Shown: piece by piece, positions 1 to 9,626 of the stretch | How positions within the stretch are numbered: the first letter of the stretch is position 1 | Layout: each line of letters opens with the position of its first letter | Source: Bacteroides phage PhiCrAssBcn7 | Direction: 5' to 3' (one strand) | Length of the DNA stretch: 40,000 bases | Sequence record: OQ221542.1 | Position numbers and translations under genes: made by a program | The notes under the pieces: model-generated | What the model saw: the letters and a program-made list of their open reading frames with translations, nothing else | The model's database searches: none | Told to the model about the DNA's origin: nothing

Positions 1-428
1 TTCTTGATTTTATTCAAGTCCTTGACCTTTGATATTTCTCCACTGAGGCAGCTAATGACATAAATCTCATTGCTATTCTCAATGTGGTTATCATACTTTT
101 CATCAAGCACAATGGCTACTTCTCTCAACAGAATTGAGAATACAGCAGCAGGATAGATTGTATATAGATTTCCAAGGTACTTCCTCAGATTATCCACATT
201 CCAATGAATCCTCTTTGCAAGGTGTTCCAAATAGAAATTAGGGTCTACATGAGTTCCTTCCTCTTCTACTTCTTTGATTACACCTTCCTTAATAAGAAGT
301 GGAATACTTTCCTCACAGACAATTACAGTATATAATGGCATGAAACCATAAGCACTGTTCATTCCAAAGGCAAGTGTCTTACCCATTTCTACTTCCTTAC
401 CAGTCTCCACAAAAATAAGTTTCTTCAT
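1..428 (-). CDS. Hypothetical protein, truncated by window start (MKKLIFVETGKEVEMGKTLAFGMNSAYGF...)
   Basis: Open frame read by me from ATG (complement of 426-428) to the window edge; same strand as the neighbouring operon; not in the ORF track, probably because it is incomplete. Confidence 0.75.
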   Translation of the reverse strand, partial: MKKLIFVETGKEVEMGKTLAFGMNSAYGFMPLYTVIVCEESIPLLIKEGVIKEVEEEGTHVDPNFYLEHLAKRIHWNVDNLRKYLGNLYTIYPAAVFSILLREVAIVLDEKYDNHIENSNEIYVISCLSGEISKVKDLNKIK

Positions 429-447
429 ACTTTTTTTTTTTTGTAAA

Positions 448-1113
448 TTAATACTCTGAGAACCACACAATTGGCTCTCCATATTTTTCTTTAGTTAATT
501 TGCTTACTTCTTGAAATACAGTAGATGGCATCCTTTCCTCTTGTCTTGCATAGTATGCAGGATGCTTCTCTTCCAGTATTATATTGGTACTCTTATTAAT
601 ATAAGGTTTAAGTGTCTTAGCCTGTTCACCAAAGAGAACATATATAATACCAGTCTGCCACTCTGATAGATTCTTTAGTAACTTGGTCATGAAAGGTCTC
701 CACATCATTGTATGACTACCTACTTTATTCATTTCACAGGTCAATGCAGAATTAATCATTAGTACTCCCTGTTTAGCCCAACTCTCTAAAGTGGGGTCAA
801 AGATAATACTATTATATGGAATTTCAAAGTTTATGCAAGCCTCTTTAACTATTTCAAGAGAAGGAGATAATTTAGTCCCCTCCTTGTTCCCAAATAGGAC
901 ACCAGTAGCCACATCCTTTTGTGGATATGGGTCTTGTCCTATCATTACAACTTTGAGATTATTGTAGGGGCATAGATTAAAAGCCTTAAATATATCAGGA
1001 TATGCAGGACAAAGTAAGTCTCTTTTAATCAAACTTACCTGCCCTACTACCTTATTTAATTCTTTTATATCTATAACCCTTACCCATCCACCAAAATATT
1101 CCTCAAATGTCAT
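448..1113 (-). CDS. ung: Uracil-DNA glycosylase (family 1-like)
   Basis: Motif GQDPYP with downstream GVLMINSALT and HPAYY, characteristic of UDG-fold enzymes. Confidence 0.88.
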   Translation of the reverse strand: MTFEEYFGGWVRVIDIKELNKVVGQVSLIKRDLLCPAYPDIFKAFNLCPYNNLKVVMIGQDPYPQKDVATGVLFGNKEGTKLSPSLEIVKEACINFEIPYNSIIFDPTLESWAKQGVLMINSALTCEMNKVGSHTMMWRPFMTKLLKNLSEWQTGIIYVLFGEQAKTLKPYINKSTNIILEEKHPAYYARQEERMPSTVFQEVSKLTKEKYGEPIVWFSEY

Positions 1114-1913
1114 ACTATATAGGTCATTTGTACAACCTCATCAAGATGCTCCAGAAGGTAATCATTCATAGCCTCATTGCTGAATGTAGAAGGAGTTGGC
1201 TTTTTAGGTCTTACTATAAACCTATCAGTCACATCAGCTACTATTATCTCAGGTAATGGTTTAGTTACTTGAGTAACAAAGCCATTTTGATTCCTTGTAG
1301 AAGTATTAATCTCCTGAACAGTAACACCCCTGTTATTTGTATCTACCATGATACCCTCCTGTACAAATGCAGGAATGACTGTCTTAATAATACCCTTTTC
1401 AACTATACCATTACTTACAAAGACCTTTGGATTCACATAGATTCTACCAGTTTTGTAGTGTAGAATCCTGTCCTCCATAACTCCATGAAGTGTGTACAGT
1501 ATTAATAGGTTATAATCTTTGTCAAGGATATAACCATTACCACCATAATATACCTCACCAGTGTTAGTTGTAATCTTTATAAGCCTGTCTCTTGTATCAT
1601 TCATCTGGAATGTCTTGAAGATTGCATTTGCAGTTCTTCTTGATTGAGGATAACTATTCTCAAATAAAGCAACAGCTATTTCCTTTAAACTATTGGGCTG
1701 ATTGTAGTTACTCAATAACCCTCCCTCAACCTTGTACTTACACATTAATGGAACATCAATCTCTGGTCCACTAATATCTACTCTTAAGAATAGATTGAAC
1801 ACATTGTTGTTCTCAAATGCAAGATTAGGTTTAATATAGTCTGGGAATTGAATAGCACCTCTATTCAGAAATATATCATGAAGTTGCCTGTTTAATTGTG
1901 CACTTATTGCCAT
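1110..1913 (-). CDS. Hypothetical protein, last gene of the E1/JAB/Ubl-like module
   Basis: Long ORF overlapping its neighbours by 1-4 nt; no motif recognised. Confidence 0.75.
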   Translation of the reverse strand: MAISAQLNRQLHDIFLNRGAIQFPDYIKPNLAFENNNVFNLFLRVDISGPEIDVPLMCKYKVEGGLLSNYNQPNSLKEIAVALFENSYPQSRRTANAIFKTFQMNDTRDRLIKITTNTGEVYYGGNGYILDKDYNLLILYTLHGVMEDRILHYKTGRIYVNPKVFVSNGIVEKGIIKTVIPAFVQEGIMVDTNNRGVTVQEINTSTRNQNGFVTQVTKPLPEIIVADVTDRFIVRPKKPTPSTFSNEAMNDYLLEHLDEVVQMTYIV

Positions 1914-3022
1914 TACATTTCTACTTTAAAGTACATTGTATCAGCAGAATATTGAGTCATAAAAGGTACATCCCTATCTATAATAGGGTTACATTCATTA
2001 GCCACAAAGTTTACAAACAGATTGACCATTACTGATGCAATCATATTTGCCATAAAGGTTGTTTGTTTATAGCTACAGATGGTTTCATCTGCTACTGCAT
2101 CACTAAACAACCATTTACTTCTGTACTCTCTCATAGCTCTTGTATCATTGCCTTGAATAGCAAAGACTTGAAATTCTTCTGCTGCCAACCTACCATCAAT
2201 AAATAACATTTTACCTCTCTCTTCCTCAGGTTTGGACAGTAGTCTGTCTTCCCAAGCATCAAAGAACAGTTTCCTTGCTTCCATGTTATCAAAGCCACAA
2301 ATCATAATATCTGTAGCTTCACTTTCAGCAGTAAACCTTTCTTGATATGCTACACTGTTATAGTAGTTTGCATATACTTGTAACATCCTATGAAGGGAGC
2401 TAACCTTTGCTTGTCCTAAGTCACCACTACCATACAATTGACCAGACATATTAGCCTGTTCAACTATATCTGGGTCATATAAATATAATCCAGCAGGTTT
2501 CAGTCTTGCAAGTAGGAAACCAACATAACTTCCTATACCACCTACACCAGCTAATGTAATAGTCTTAGACTGAATGGCACTATACCAGATAGCTCCACTG
2601 AATCTACTTGTAGCTTCATCTACAAGCAAACTACCTGAATTAGGTGGAATCACTACTTCCTCAGCAGCTAATGCAGCTTCAAGTAATGCTTCTCCTTGTT
2701 CATCAATCTCTACTGGAGCATCCTCAGTATTCTGAGCATCATGCAATAGATTAGACCCTTCCAAGTTTACTACAAGAGTTACAGGAACCATAGGAGTTTC
2801 TATATTCACTGCACCAATAGTCACTAAATAAGCACCACTTGCATGTTGCTCTTCATGAATAATTTCCCATTCACCTCCTTCTAATAAGTGAGCTGCATTT
2901 GTAACAGCTTCAAAAGAGCTATATCTTATTTCCTCTTCTGGAGCCTCTGAATGAACAGTTTCCAAATGTTCATCAACCATTTGGTTTATAGCACTTTCTA
3001 ATACTTCATCTTCCATAATCAA
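1913..3022 (-). CDS. ThiF/E1-like adenylyltransferase (PRTRC-ThiF-like)
   Basis: Rossmann motif GVGGIGSYVG followed by YDPDIVEQANMSGQLY, typical of E1/ThiF enzymes; Cys in DETICSYKQTTF at the expected C-terminal location. Confidence 0.82.
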   Translation of the reverse strand: MIMEDEVLESAINQMVDEHLETVHSEAPEEEIRYSSFEAVTNAAHLLEGGEWEIIHEEQHASGAYLVTIGAVNIETPMVPVTLVVNLEGSNLLHDAQNTEDAPVEIDEQGEALLEAALAAEEVVIPPNSGSLLVDEATSRFSGAIWYSAIQSKTITLAGVGGIGSYVGFLLARLKPAGLYLYDPDIVEQANMSGQLYGSGDLGQAKVSSLHRMLQVYANYYNSVAYQERFTAESEATDIMICGFDNMEARKLFFDAWEDRLLSKPEEERGKMLFIDGRLAAEEFQVFAIQGNDTRAMREYRSKWLFSDAVADETICSYKQTTFMANMIASVMVNLFVNFVANECNPIIDRDVPFMTQYSADTMYFKVEM

Positions 3023-4260
3023 ATAATATAATCATCCATTAATTTGATATAAACACTTAACCAAGGGTTCTTTGGTAATTTCTCAAGTTCTTCCCTTACA
3101 TCATGTGCCAGTAATGCAGCCATAGTGGAATCATCATTATTAATTACTGCCATAACATCTCCATCATAGGTATAATTAATAAGATAATCTACATAGTTTG
3201 ATGCAAAGTATTCAAACTCTTTGACAGTTCCAAATCTCCTTCTATAAAGACTCTCCATAGAATTAGCCCACTTCTTAACATCAACTGCACTTTCATTTGA
3301 AATGATAATACTTGATGTAACAAGTTGCCTTACAATAGACTGGACTATATCTGCATCTACTGTTACAACACCATAAGGAATGTCAAGATTCTCTTCCTCA
3401 GGCTGGTCAAAAGGCAATTCACCTTGTTTAACAGGTAATTGCTTAGCTTCATTAGCTTTATACCAGCCTCTTCCTTCCTCCCCATAGTATTCATCTTTAT
3501 CCATAGGAAATGTACTCCCCACCTCCTTGGTTGGGGCAATGTTCTTTCCATAGTTACCATATTGAGGATAACCCTTATATACAGGAGTTATAACTTTCTT
3601 CTTAGACTCTTTGATTTCCTTGATTCTTTCCATCATTTCAGTCTCAAAGTCATCAGTTGCATTCTCAAATACTATGTCCAAATTGAACCATTCAAGTTTC
3701 TCTTCTTCAATATCAAAGGTCTCTACTCCCTCTCTTACTTCACCATTCCAAGTAGGATAAGTGTATTTCTCAGATACAGTCTGTACACATTTGTACTTCC
3801 TTGTAACACCAGCAGTATATTTACCTGCATTATTTACAATCAAGGATACAAAGTGAGCCATATCATTACCTTCTGCACTCAAAGTAGCAGTATCAGTGCC
3901 ACTAAAGAAAGTAGCCATGTTATTATGGCTATGGATTAATCCTTGATATATCCCCTCTTCCAATAATTCAGGATGGTCTACCATATATGTAGCCATATCA
4001 GGAGATACATTGAACTCAGTATATGTACTTGAACCAATGTCCATTTGGAACAAATCCACACATCTGATAGTTAGGGATTTATCTTCAAAAGCTCCCTCAA
4101 CTTTATAGAACAAGACACCTGACCATTCTACATCCCAGATGTTCTTGCATAAAAATCTTATCTTTTTCTCAACCTCTGCTGGAATGACAATCTTAAATAT
4201 ATCCTGTCTGTGGACTAACTCCAGCATTGGTTTCACTTCTTTCTTCTCTTCCATATCCAT
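3019..4260 (-). CDS. JAB/JAMM (MPN) metallopeptidase-domain protein
   Basis: Complete JAMM motif HSHNNMATFFSGTD (HxH-x7-SxxD) with upstream Glu in VEWSGVLFY. Confidence 0.85.
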   Translation of the reverse strand: MDMEEKKEVKPMLELVHRQDIFKIVIPAEVEKKIRFLCKNIWDVEWSGVLFYKVEGAFEDKSLTIRCVDLFQMDIGSSTYTEFNVSPDMATYMVDHPELLEEGIYQGLIHSHNNMATFFSGTDTATLSAEGNDMAHFVSLIVNNAGKYTAGVTRKYKCVQTVSEKYTYPTWNGEVREGVETFDIEEEKLEWFNLDIVFENATDDFETEMMERIKEIKESKKKVITPVYKGYPQYGNYGKNIAPTKEVGSTFPMDKDEYYGEEGRGWYKANEAKQLPVKQGELPFDQPEEENLDIPYGVVTVDADIVQSIVRQLVTSSIIISNESAVDVKKWANSMESLYRRRFGTVKEFEYFASNYVDYLINYTYDGDVMAVINNDDSTMAALLAHDVREELEKLPKNPWLSVYIKLMDDYII

Positions 4261-5527
4261 AATTTAATATTCTCAACATGCTACAAACAATAGCTTCAAT
4301 ATATTGTAAATTCAGTATCCTTGTTCTATTGAGAGACTCCTCCTCTGAGGATAGTACTCCATCAATAGTCAAGGTAATTTCCCTACCTTTGAATGTACAG
4401 ATTTTCTTTCCTACATATCTCTGATAGTCATCACTACTATTCCTTCTTACTGGTTTTGGTATATAGACTTTACCATTAGTTATGATACATTCATTGATAA
4501 CACCTATACTAACAAGGTCAGCATAACTAATGTTAAAAGTATGCTTATTGTATTCAGTATTATACCAGCTAATAAATTCATTACTGATAAGAACCACTGT
4601 ATCAATGAAGGACATTCCTATCCCATAACTTCCATTACTATAGTTGAACCTAATCTTCTTAGTCTCCAGAAGGTATTTAATGAATAGCTTGAATTGCTCT
4701 ATTCCAAAGGCACTATTCCAAGGAACTACACCTCTAAGGGATTGCATAGAGAATTTATCTTTAGCATCTCCCATCTCTGGTGCAGGAATATTCTCAAGCC
4801 TGTGGTGTGGAACTCCATCAATAGATTCTACTCTTACATACCTATCAAGCTCCAGACATAATAACTGCCAGATGGCTTCATCATATCCTATAGCTAATGT
4901 AGAAAGAGAAGAGTTGATAGGTCCTCTACCAGTACAAGGTGTCTGGAAGTTCTCAAAGTTACCTCTTGGAATAGAAGATACATGACTGTGCATATACCCA
5001 CACTTGAATTGGTTTAGTGGGTAATTAGACCTGTTCACTCCAAAATATCCCTTACCTTTTCCCTGCCAATTGAATGGAACTTTAAGCCATAACTCCTTAA
5101 TATCTACATACTTATCATATTCATTTGTAATCCTTACTGTGGGAAAATAAATAAGAATGAATAAGTTATTGAACATAGTATTAGCAATCTTCTCTTTTAT
5201 TATTGGCAAGAAATATTTAGCCAATGCAGAGTCACTTACAACAGTTTCATTATTAGCACCTTCTGCTGTCCAAAAGAGATTTACTAAGTCTCGGTCCTCT
5301 TTATTCATATTTTGGTAAGCAGAAGAATCTACTATATTACTCCATTCCATGAATGTTCCCAAGGGGGTTCCACTAAGATATGTATATAATTCATCCTCAG
5401 TAAGAAAACCCTGCATTTCTACTCTTCCCTCACCAAAAAAGTCTCGAAAGAACTGTAGGATTTGATTTGGTCTTTCCATGATACTATTATGTAGTTCATG
5501 GACTTGTTTCTTTATTTCTTCGGTCAT
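4193..5527 (-). CDS. Hypothetical protein of the E1/JAB module
   Basis: 444 aa ORF with CGYMHSHVSSIPRG; lies between the JAB and Ubl-like genes. Confidence 0.75.
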   Translation of the reverse strand: MTEEIKKQVHELHNSIMERPNQILQFFRDFFGEGRVEMQGFLTEDELYTYLSGTPLGTFMEWSNIVDSSAYQNMNKEDRDLVNLFWTAEGANNETVVSDSALAKYFLPIIKEKIANTMFNNLFILIYFPTVRITNEYDKYVDIKELWLKVPFNWQGKGKGYFGVNRSNYPLNQFKCGYMHSHVSSIPRGNFENFQTPCTGRGPINSSLSTLAIGYDEAIWQLLCLELDRYVRVESIDGVPHHRLENIPAPEMGDAKDKFSMQSLRGVVPWNSAFGIEQFKLFIKYLLETKKIRFNYSNGSYGIGMSFIDTVVLISNEFISWYNTEYNKHTFNISYADLVSIGVINECIITNGKVYIPKPVRRNSSDDYQRYVGKKICTFKGREITLTIDGVLSSEEESLNRTRILNLQYIEAIVCSMLRILNYGYGREERSETNAGVSPQTGYI

Positions 5528-5588
5528 TGCATGATAAAAAAAAATGAGGGGGAAGGCTTATTCAGCCTCCTCCCTCATTGGTTTCTAC

Positions 5589-6266
5589 TTAATCAACAAA
5601 GTCAAACATCTTATTGATTTCAGACCTTGACATCTTTTCAGGTGCTTTGTAGATTTTACCTTTCAATACAGCCATAGCCCTGTTATAAGTATCTTCTTCC
5701 ATGACATCACTGATATAGAGGTCTTCCAACAGAACTTCCAATGCACCCACAACATTACCCTCAGAAGTTGCAGTCACCACAGGTTTTTCTTCTTCCTTTT
5801 TGGTTTCTTTCACTTCTTTTGTAGCTTTCTCTTTCACAACTTCTTTCTTCTCCTCTTTTACAGGAGCACCTTCACCCAACAGGTCAATCAAGTCCTGAGT
5901 TTTACACATAGTGAAGTTCTTTCCGAATCTTTTCACACATTCATTCTGCAAGCCTCTTGCCTTGATTGCATTGTAGGCTTCTGCCCTTGACATTGCACCA
6001 GACTTGATTTTCTTCTCAGGTGCAGTCAGCAGGAATGTCAAATCATTTACTACCTGTCCTTTGTAAGGAATGTTGGTAGGAAGGATAGAAGCATCATCTT
6101 TCAATTCTGCTCTCAAATGACCTTCAAAGAATGTCATTCCTTCATATTCAATACCTGCTTCTCTCATTTCTCTTTTCAACTCACCCAGTGTAGTTGCAGC
6201 AGATGCCTGAATAACTTTTTGAGACTGAGTTTTGTTGTTGATGATGGTTACTTTTCTAAATTCCAT
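5589..6266 (-). CDS. Possible ubiquitin-like (beta-grasp) domain protein, PRTRC-C-like N-terminus
   Basis: N-terminus KVTIINNKTQSQKVIQASAATTLGELKREM...ILPTNIPYKGQVVNDLTFLLT resembles a beta-grasp pattern; operonic with E1 and JAB genes. Confidence 0.6.
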   Translation of the reverse strand: MEFRKVTIINNKTQSQKVIQASAATTLGELKREMREAGIEYEGMTFFEGHLRAELKDDASILPTNIPYKGQVVNDLTFLLTAPEKKIKSGAMSRAEAYNAIKARGLQNECVKRFGKNFTMCKTQDLIDLLGEGAPVKEEKKEVVKEKATKEVKETKKEEEKPVVTATSEGNVVGALEVLLEDLYISDVMEEDTYNRAMAVLKGKIYKAPEKMSRSEINKMFDFVD

Positions 6267-6291
6267 GATTTTTTTTTTTAGTGATAAAACA

Positions 6292-7287
6292 TTACCTATT
6301 AAATAGGCTTAAAATTATTTCTCTGAATTGTTCTTTGTCTCCTATTGTTTTATAGAGGTCTGAGACATCTTTTCCTCCTTCAAAATGTGGCAATACTATA
6401 TTAGTGAACCCAGTGGATGCAGACAGTTTCTCTCCATCTATGAGACCAGCTTTATCATTATCCAATAAGATAAATACTTCCTTGTATCTTCTTTTGAGTT
6501 CATTAACAGCAGTATCACTGATACCATAACCCTCTCCTTGAATGGCTATAGCTGGTATTCCAGTGTTTGCCCATAGACATAAAGCATCTTTCATTGAGGA
6601 ACAGATACATATCTTATCCCCAAATTCAGGTACTTTAGTCCATAAGCTAATTACTGACCTATCATGCCTATTGGACCACTTATATCCCTTCTGATTGAAT
6701 GGTTGATATATCTTTAAAGTGACTTTTCCTTCCTTATATTCTACATAAGCATAAGCATATTTATCTGCTGGAAAGACCATTCTGGTTTCTCCTTTTATGA
6801 TTATTTTATAGGATATAGGATAAATGTCAGCATACTTCAACCACTCCAAGGTGATACCAAATGAAGCCCAATACTCAAGGTCATACTCTCTCCATTCCCT
6901 TGTCTTACACTGTAAATCAAGGTTAGAACTGTACTCCTTAGTAGTGACAATCTTAGGTTTACCTAATGCACTATAGCCATTAGTCTTAGTAATCTTGGAT
7001 AAGTCCTCCCAAATATGTGCAAGCACATCATTGTAACTCTCCCCCCAATACTTACCTAATAAATCAAATGTCCCTCCTTTATCTTTTGTAGCTAAGTCTG
7101 TCCAATGTATCTTCTGACCATCTATGCTATAAAAACCAAAGGATGGATGGTTATCAGGTCTTAATGGACTTGATATAATACAGGGGACATTACTTACCCC
7201 AAAATAGTGGTTCAGAATGTCTAATTCTGATACCTTTGATAAAATCTCTTCTAATCTGATATTAGGTTTACCAATACTAATAGCCAT
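6292..7287 (-). CDS. DnaG-like primase with TOPRIM domain
   Basis: SSPLRPDNHPSFGFY...WTDLATKDKGGTFDLL followed by the TOPRIM-like ICICSSMKDALCLWANTGIPAIAIQGEG...VFILLDNDKAG. Confidence 0.82.
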   Translation of the reverse strand: MAISIGKPNIRLEEILSKVSELDILNHYFGVSNVPCIISSPLRPDNHPSFGFYSIDGQKIHWTDLATKDKGGTFDLLGKYWGESYNDVLAHIWEDLSKITKTNGYSALGKPKIVTTKEYSSNLDLQCKTREWREYDLEYWASFGITLEWLKYADIYPISYKIIIKGETRMVFPADKYAYAYVEYKEGKVTLKIYQPFNQKGYKWSNRHDRSVISLWTKVPEFGDKICICSSMKDALCLWANTGIPAIAIQGEGYGISDTAVNELKRRYKEVFILLDNDKAGLIDGEKLSASTGFTNIVLPHFEGGKDVSDLYKTIGDKEQFREIILSLFNR

Positions 7288-7307
7288 AGTTCTAAATCTT
7301 TATGTTA

Positions 7308-8228
7308 TTAACCCCAAGGAGTTGCTGTAGGAGCTGTTGCTGCTCCTAATGGGTCATTGTCAGCAGTGGGTGCAGCAAATGAAGTAGCTTCTACTACATT
7401 TTCATGCAAAGGTTGAGTAGAAAACTCAGTGCCCGGAGCACCACCTGCATTCTGAAACTCAGTGATTGCAGCATCAATCTTACTGTAATCTGTTACAGCA
7501 TTCTTTGCAAACTTCCTTGTGAATACTGCCTGATACTGTCTTGTACCATTTTCATTATCCACAGTTCTGATACCTACTGCACCTTTAACTGTATAAGCAG
7601 CAGCAAGAGTAACAAGCTCTTTAAGCTCTTTTACATCACCCTTGAATAGAGCTGCCATATCAAGAGAAACCTCACTGTCAGAGGGGTCTTCCTTCATAAT
7701 CCACTTACCATCTTTATAGTTGGCAGGATTAGGAATATTCAACCACTGAATAAGGAAGTCAATCAAGAATTCCTCACCTTGCCATGCAGGTCTGTAATCT
7801 GCACTAATATTGGCTGGTCCAGAAGTGTATTGTGGAATAGACTTGGACTGTACTTCTTCTTTTGTAGCCCATGCAGTTCTACCAAACTTATCAATAATCT
7901 GGCATTTACCACTTGTCTGACCAATCTTAAAGTCCTTAGTCAGCATGAAGCTGATAGGAATAAGCAATTCAATGCCATTATTCAACTTAGCCTCAGGAGC
8001 AGTCTTTGCATAAAGTACTACCCTTACCTGTTCCTTACCTTCCTCAGTTTTGCCAACATATTCAGGGTCATTCTCAATCTCTCTGCCTGTGAGAGCTTCT
8101 AATTCTGCCTTAGTAGGATTTACAGCTACAATATTGAATGCAGCCATACCTTTGTACATCTTGAAAGAACCTTCAACTGATTCTTTACCTACCTTAACAG
8201 CCATGAAACTTTTGTTTAAATTCTTCAT
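7308..8228 (-). CDS. Possible ssDNA-binding-like replication protein
   Basis: 306 aa between primase and RecA-like ATPase; MKNLNKSFMAVKVGKE...IIDKFGRTAW and a P/T-rich tail; call rests mostly on synteny. Confidence 0.4.
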   Translation of the reverse strand: MKNLNKSFMAVKVGKESVEGSFKMYKGMAAFNIVAVNPTKAELEALTGREIENDPEYVGKTEEGKEQVRVVLYAKTAPEAKLNNGIELLIPISFMLTKDFKIGQTSGKCQIIDKFGRTAWATKEEVQSKSIPQYTSGPANISADYRPAWQGEEFLIDFLIQWLNIPNPANYKDGKWIMKEDPSDSEVSLDMAALFKGDVKELKELVTLAAAYTVKGAVGIRTVDNENGTRQYQAVFTRKFAKNAVTDYSKIDAAITEFQNAGGAPGTEFSTQPLHENVVEATSFAAPTADNDPLGAATAPTATPWG

Positions 8229-8254
8229 CTTAAATTACTGATTTTTTTTAGTGA

Positions 8255-8632
8255 TTAATCCTTAAAAGGCATTTCATCTGCCACTTCTCCAAATGGATTT
8301 GCAGGTGCTACCTCTTCTGCCAATGCAACTGCCTCAGATGCAGGTACTTCTACCTCTCCTACAACCTCTTCTGAAACTTCTCCTTCTGGAGCTGCTTCTG
8401 TTGCTTCTGCTACTGCCATGATACCAGCAAGAACTTCCTCAGAAGTGAAACCACCAGTCATAGTCTTGATAGGAGCCTCAAAGCCTTCAATGGCTTCATT
8501 GATTACACCCAGTTCTTCCTGTGCTTTCTCAATCTTCTCTACCAGTTTGTCCCTTTTGGTTCTCAAACTCTTAGTGTTCTGAGCTGTTCTCTTTACAATT
8601 GCAAGCTCAAATCTTGATAATTCTCTATTCAT
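8255..8632 (-). CDS. Hypothetical acidic coiled-coil protein
   Basis: ORF with charged helical N-terminus and E/V-rich tail. Confidence 0.65.
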   Translation of the reverse strand: MNRELSRFELAIVKRTAQNTKSLRTKRDKLVEKIEKAQEELGVINEAIEGFEAPIKTMTGGFTSEEVLAGIMAVAEATEAAPEGEVSEEVVGEVEVPASEAVALAEEVAPANPFGEVADEMPFKD

Positions 8633-8637
8633 AATGT

Positions 8638-8931
8638 TTAATTTATTAAAATTATTTGTCTTTGTCCCATATTATTGGGTTTACTTTGTAATTTATTTAT
8701 GGTGTACTTCTTCTCATAATACTCTAATGCTTCCATTAAATATGGCTGGAGCATACCTATTCCCATAATAGTCTGTATAAAAGTTACAGACAATTTAGGG
8801 TCTTTACCATGCTCAGTGCAATAATCTAATAGAAGATTGGCAGCATCTTCTCCAGTCAGTCCACCAAAGGCTACAAGCCTACTAATCCTGACTACTTCAT
8901 CCCTACCCATAATATTCCTGTGCTTTCTCAA
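8638..8931 (-). CDS. Hypothetical protein
   Basis: ORF overlapping the downstream gene by 29 nt. Confidence 0.6.
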   Translation of the reverse strand: MRKHRNIMGRDEVVRISRLVAFGGLTGEDAANLLLDYCTEHGKDPKLSVTFIQTIMGIGMLQPYLMEALEYYEKKYTINKLQSKPNNMGQRQIILIN

Positions 8932-9610
8932 CTACAAGACCCAAATCATTGGGAATATATAGAGGAAACATGCCAACAGGACTCTTTGCAGGATATACTC
9001 CATCATCATTGGTAACAAATTCTCTGATGGATTTCTTCTCTTTAGAATCAAAAGAAGACTTACCATAAAGAACCACTTCAAACTTACCCTCAGGAGTAAT
9101 ATATGAATCAACCATGTTACCAGTACTCTTATATTTATAAGAGATACTATCACCATTCTTGTCTTTATATTCCTCATAATGAGCAAGACAAATCATGTTC
9201 TTATTTTCTGGCACAAGATTGATTGCATCAAAGATTAACCCCATTCCATAACCAATCTGTTTAGGAGTGTCCCAACCACCTTTCATAGCATTCTTCATAT
9301 AGAAATCCTGACTGATATAGTTCATATCATCAAGTACTATATTAGTGAAAGGAGAGTGAGGGCTGGCTAACATTTCAATGATTTGGGCAACTTCTTTTGC
9401 ATCATTGGTTATAATTCTGTTACCCTTACCAATCTCTTTGAGAGTAGTAACTTGGTACTTACTTCCTCCACCTCTAAAAGGTAGGGGTTTATTCACACAA
9501 CTTATCAAATAAGTCACTTTAGGGTCTAACCCTTTCAATCCAAGTTCTGGTATCTCTCCAATAGAGGTTGACTTACCAAAACCTGACTTAGCTAAAATCA
9601 ATGCTTTCAT
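8903..9610 (-). CDS. RecA-like/AAA ATPase
   Basis: Walker A AKSGFGKST and Walker B-like NIVLDD. Confidence 0.7.
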   Translation of the reverse strand: MKALILAKSGFGKSTSIGEIPELGLKGLDPKVTYLISCVNKPLPFRGGGSKYQVTTLKEIGKGNRIITNDAKEVAQIIEMLASPHSPFTNIVLDDMNYISQDFYMKNAMKGGWDTPKQIGYGMGLIFDAINLVPENKNMICLAHYEEYKDKNGDSISYKYKSTGNMVDSYITPEGKFEVVLYGKSSFDSKEKKSIREFVTNDDGVYPAKSPVGMFPLYIPNDLGLVVEKAQEYYG

Positions 9611-9626
9611 TCTTCTTATTTAAAAT

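Noticed and set aside
1269-1463. Antisense ORF
   Set aside because: Lies entirely opposite the long 1110..1913 ORF with Cys/Leu-rich composition typical of antisense translation.
3363-3939. Out-of-frame and antisense ORFs at 3363..3560 and 3439..3939
   Set aside because: Overlap the JAMM gene; low-complexity antisense-like sequence.
4644-4985. Antisense ORF
   Set aside because: Opposite the 4193..5527 gene; no motif.
7404-8241. Antisense ORFs 7404..7649, 7779..8102, 8050..8241
   Set aside because: Opposite the SSB-like gene; Cys/Ser-rich antisense composition.
8932-9186. ORF in alternate frame within the ATPase gene
   Set aside because: Fully inside the 8903..9610 ORF, which has Walker motifs.
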